NCBI RefSeq assembly: GCF_009914755.1
Contig: NC_060926.1
From: the human T2T-CHM13v2.0 reference genome, Homo sapiens
DNA: 64,000 nucleotides
Direction: 5' to 3' (one strand)
In this document: positions 62,201 to 64,000 of the stretch, piece by piece
How positions within the stretch are numbered: position 1 is the stretch's first letter
How the letters are laid out: the number at the start of each line of letters is the position of its first letter
Position numbers and translations under genes: made by a program
Notes under the pieces: model-generated
Told to the model about the DNA's origin: nothing
The model's database searches: none
What the model saw: only the letters and a program-made list of their open reading frames with translations

Positions 62201-62851
62201 AACTGTCCTCCACGTGTATCTGAGCCCACAGGGAGCACATTCCCCCTTTCTTTCTCCAATAAAGGACAGCTGACTCCAGGGAGAACTGGTGGGAGACTTC
62301 CCTGAAGGCCAGGGGTGACGGAGATGGATGGTAATGCACAGCAACCAGAAACACCCCCCAGCCCCATCCTGCCAAGGGAGTGCTCCTTCCCTTATGCCAC
62401 CCCCTCACCTGGTTTGGTTGGTTTCAGATGCAGTGCAGCCTTGGGAAGTCGGTGCTGGACCCCACCTGTGCAGCCTGTTTGCCGCAATTTCAGAGTCACT
62501 GGAGATACAGTATTTATAAAAGCGTTTCTCTCTTGGTTTGAACTACAGCTTTGCTCCCAGTTTCAATGTATATAGTCCTTGGAGGAACAACCCTGGCCAA
62601 GAAGTTATACCAGAGGCAACTGACCCCTAAGAGCAGGTGATGAAGAGCAGGAGGAGAGAGATGGCTGCAAGCTGGAAGAAGGGTGGTAGTTTGCAGTGGT
62701 GGGGACAGGGGATACCACAGGAGGGGATTAGGAATTGGGAAAAGGACTCACAATCGTGTCAAAGGCAGAATCTGCTGGGAGTGGTTGGGCCTTGGAGATG
62801 CTTGATGGGGTGACAATTAGGTGACCCCAAGTACTTTCATGAGAACTTTTA

Positions 62852-63215
<364 letters not shown>

Positions 63216-64000
63216 TTACTACATAGATACATGCCAGGAGGCAGTAATAGTAATAAAATATCATATAAGACGATGATGATGGTGAAACTGGTATGACCTA
63301 CTTCACCAACTTAGATTACAAAATGGTCAAATTTCTTTTATTGCTTAATTTATTTTTCCCTATGGGTCTTTTAGGCAGAAGACTTGCCCCCAAATTACTC
63401 AAAGACCCCAGGGACCTCCTTTGCTTCCACACCTGAGGGAGGAGAGCCAGGGTTCCATCAGCCCCTGCTGCTGTTTCTCCAAGCTGTCACAAGGTGTCAC
63501 TGTTGCAGCTTGGTGTCTCAAGGAGGGACGCTGCTGCCCCAGACGCTGAGATGCCCTTGGTGGTTGAGGTTCAGGCTTAAGACTCTTCTTAGTTATCATT
63601 TCACACTCGGCCATCCCTTCCCAAAGCATAGCTCCTGGGGCAGGGCGGCTGGGTTTGAAGGGGTGTCCAGTATCAGCCACGTTCCATGCTGGCCAGAACA
63701 GTGTTATCAGTTGAGATCCCCCTTAACACAAGGTGATTTATTTTGGGGGCCTCATTGCTTGCCCCTGCCACTGATTCTTGGATTGCCCTACAACTCCTAG
63801 ACAGGTATCCCTGACTTTGCATCTCTGAGATTGGGGACTGGGATATGGGTGTCTTTGCTTTCAGAGGGCCCTGGGACTCTGCTTCCTATAGTGCGGCATA
63901 CAAAGAGGGCCGGCCAGCTTCTCTAAGCCCCACAAACAAAGGTCCTGGGTCAGCCCAAACCCCAAGAGGAAGAGGATGGGACCCTGGGGGCTCACATTTG

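Overview
Human-type (primate) genomic DNA. It carries the complete six-exon ITM2C (BRI3) gene on the + strand, with a CDS from 26200 to 39261 that splices to 267 aa, a CpG-island promoter and a polyA signal at 40389. From recall, this is the 2q37.1 CAB39-ITM2C-GPR55 interval; neither neighbouring gene's CDS is visible here. The flanks are repeat-rich: about 30 Alus, old L1/L2/MIR fragments, MaLR LTRs, Tigger3, and a near full-length HERV-K(HML-2) solo LTR with a 6-bp TSD. Less obvious observations: (1) a heavily decayed, intronless CTAGE/MIA2-derived pseudogene at about 395-1850, split by an AluJ; (2) a convergent pair of near-consensus CTCF motifs in two orphan CpG patches; (3) three short local non-tandem duplications (26, ~139 and ~85 bp) that look like templated repair insertions; (4) tandem RFX X-boxes upstream of a probable non-coding first exon. 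I found no evidence for a genuinely new multi-gene system. All homology calls were made by eye or from memory, and repeat boundaries are approximate.
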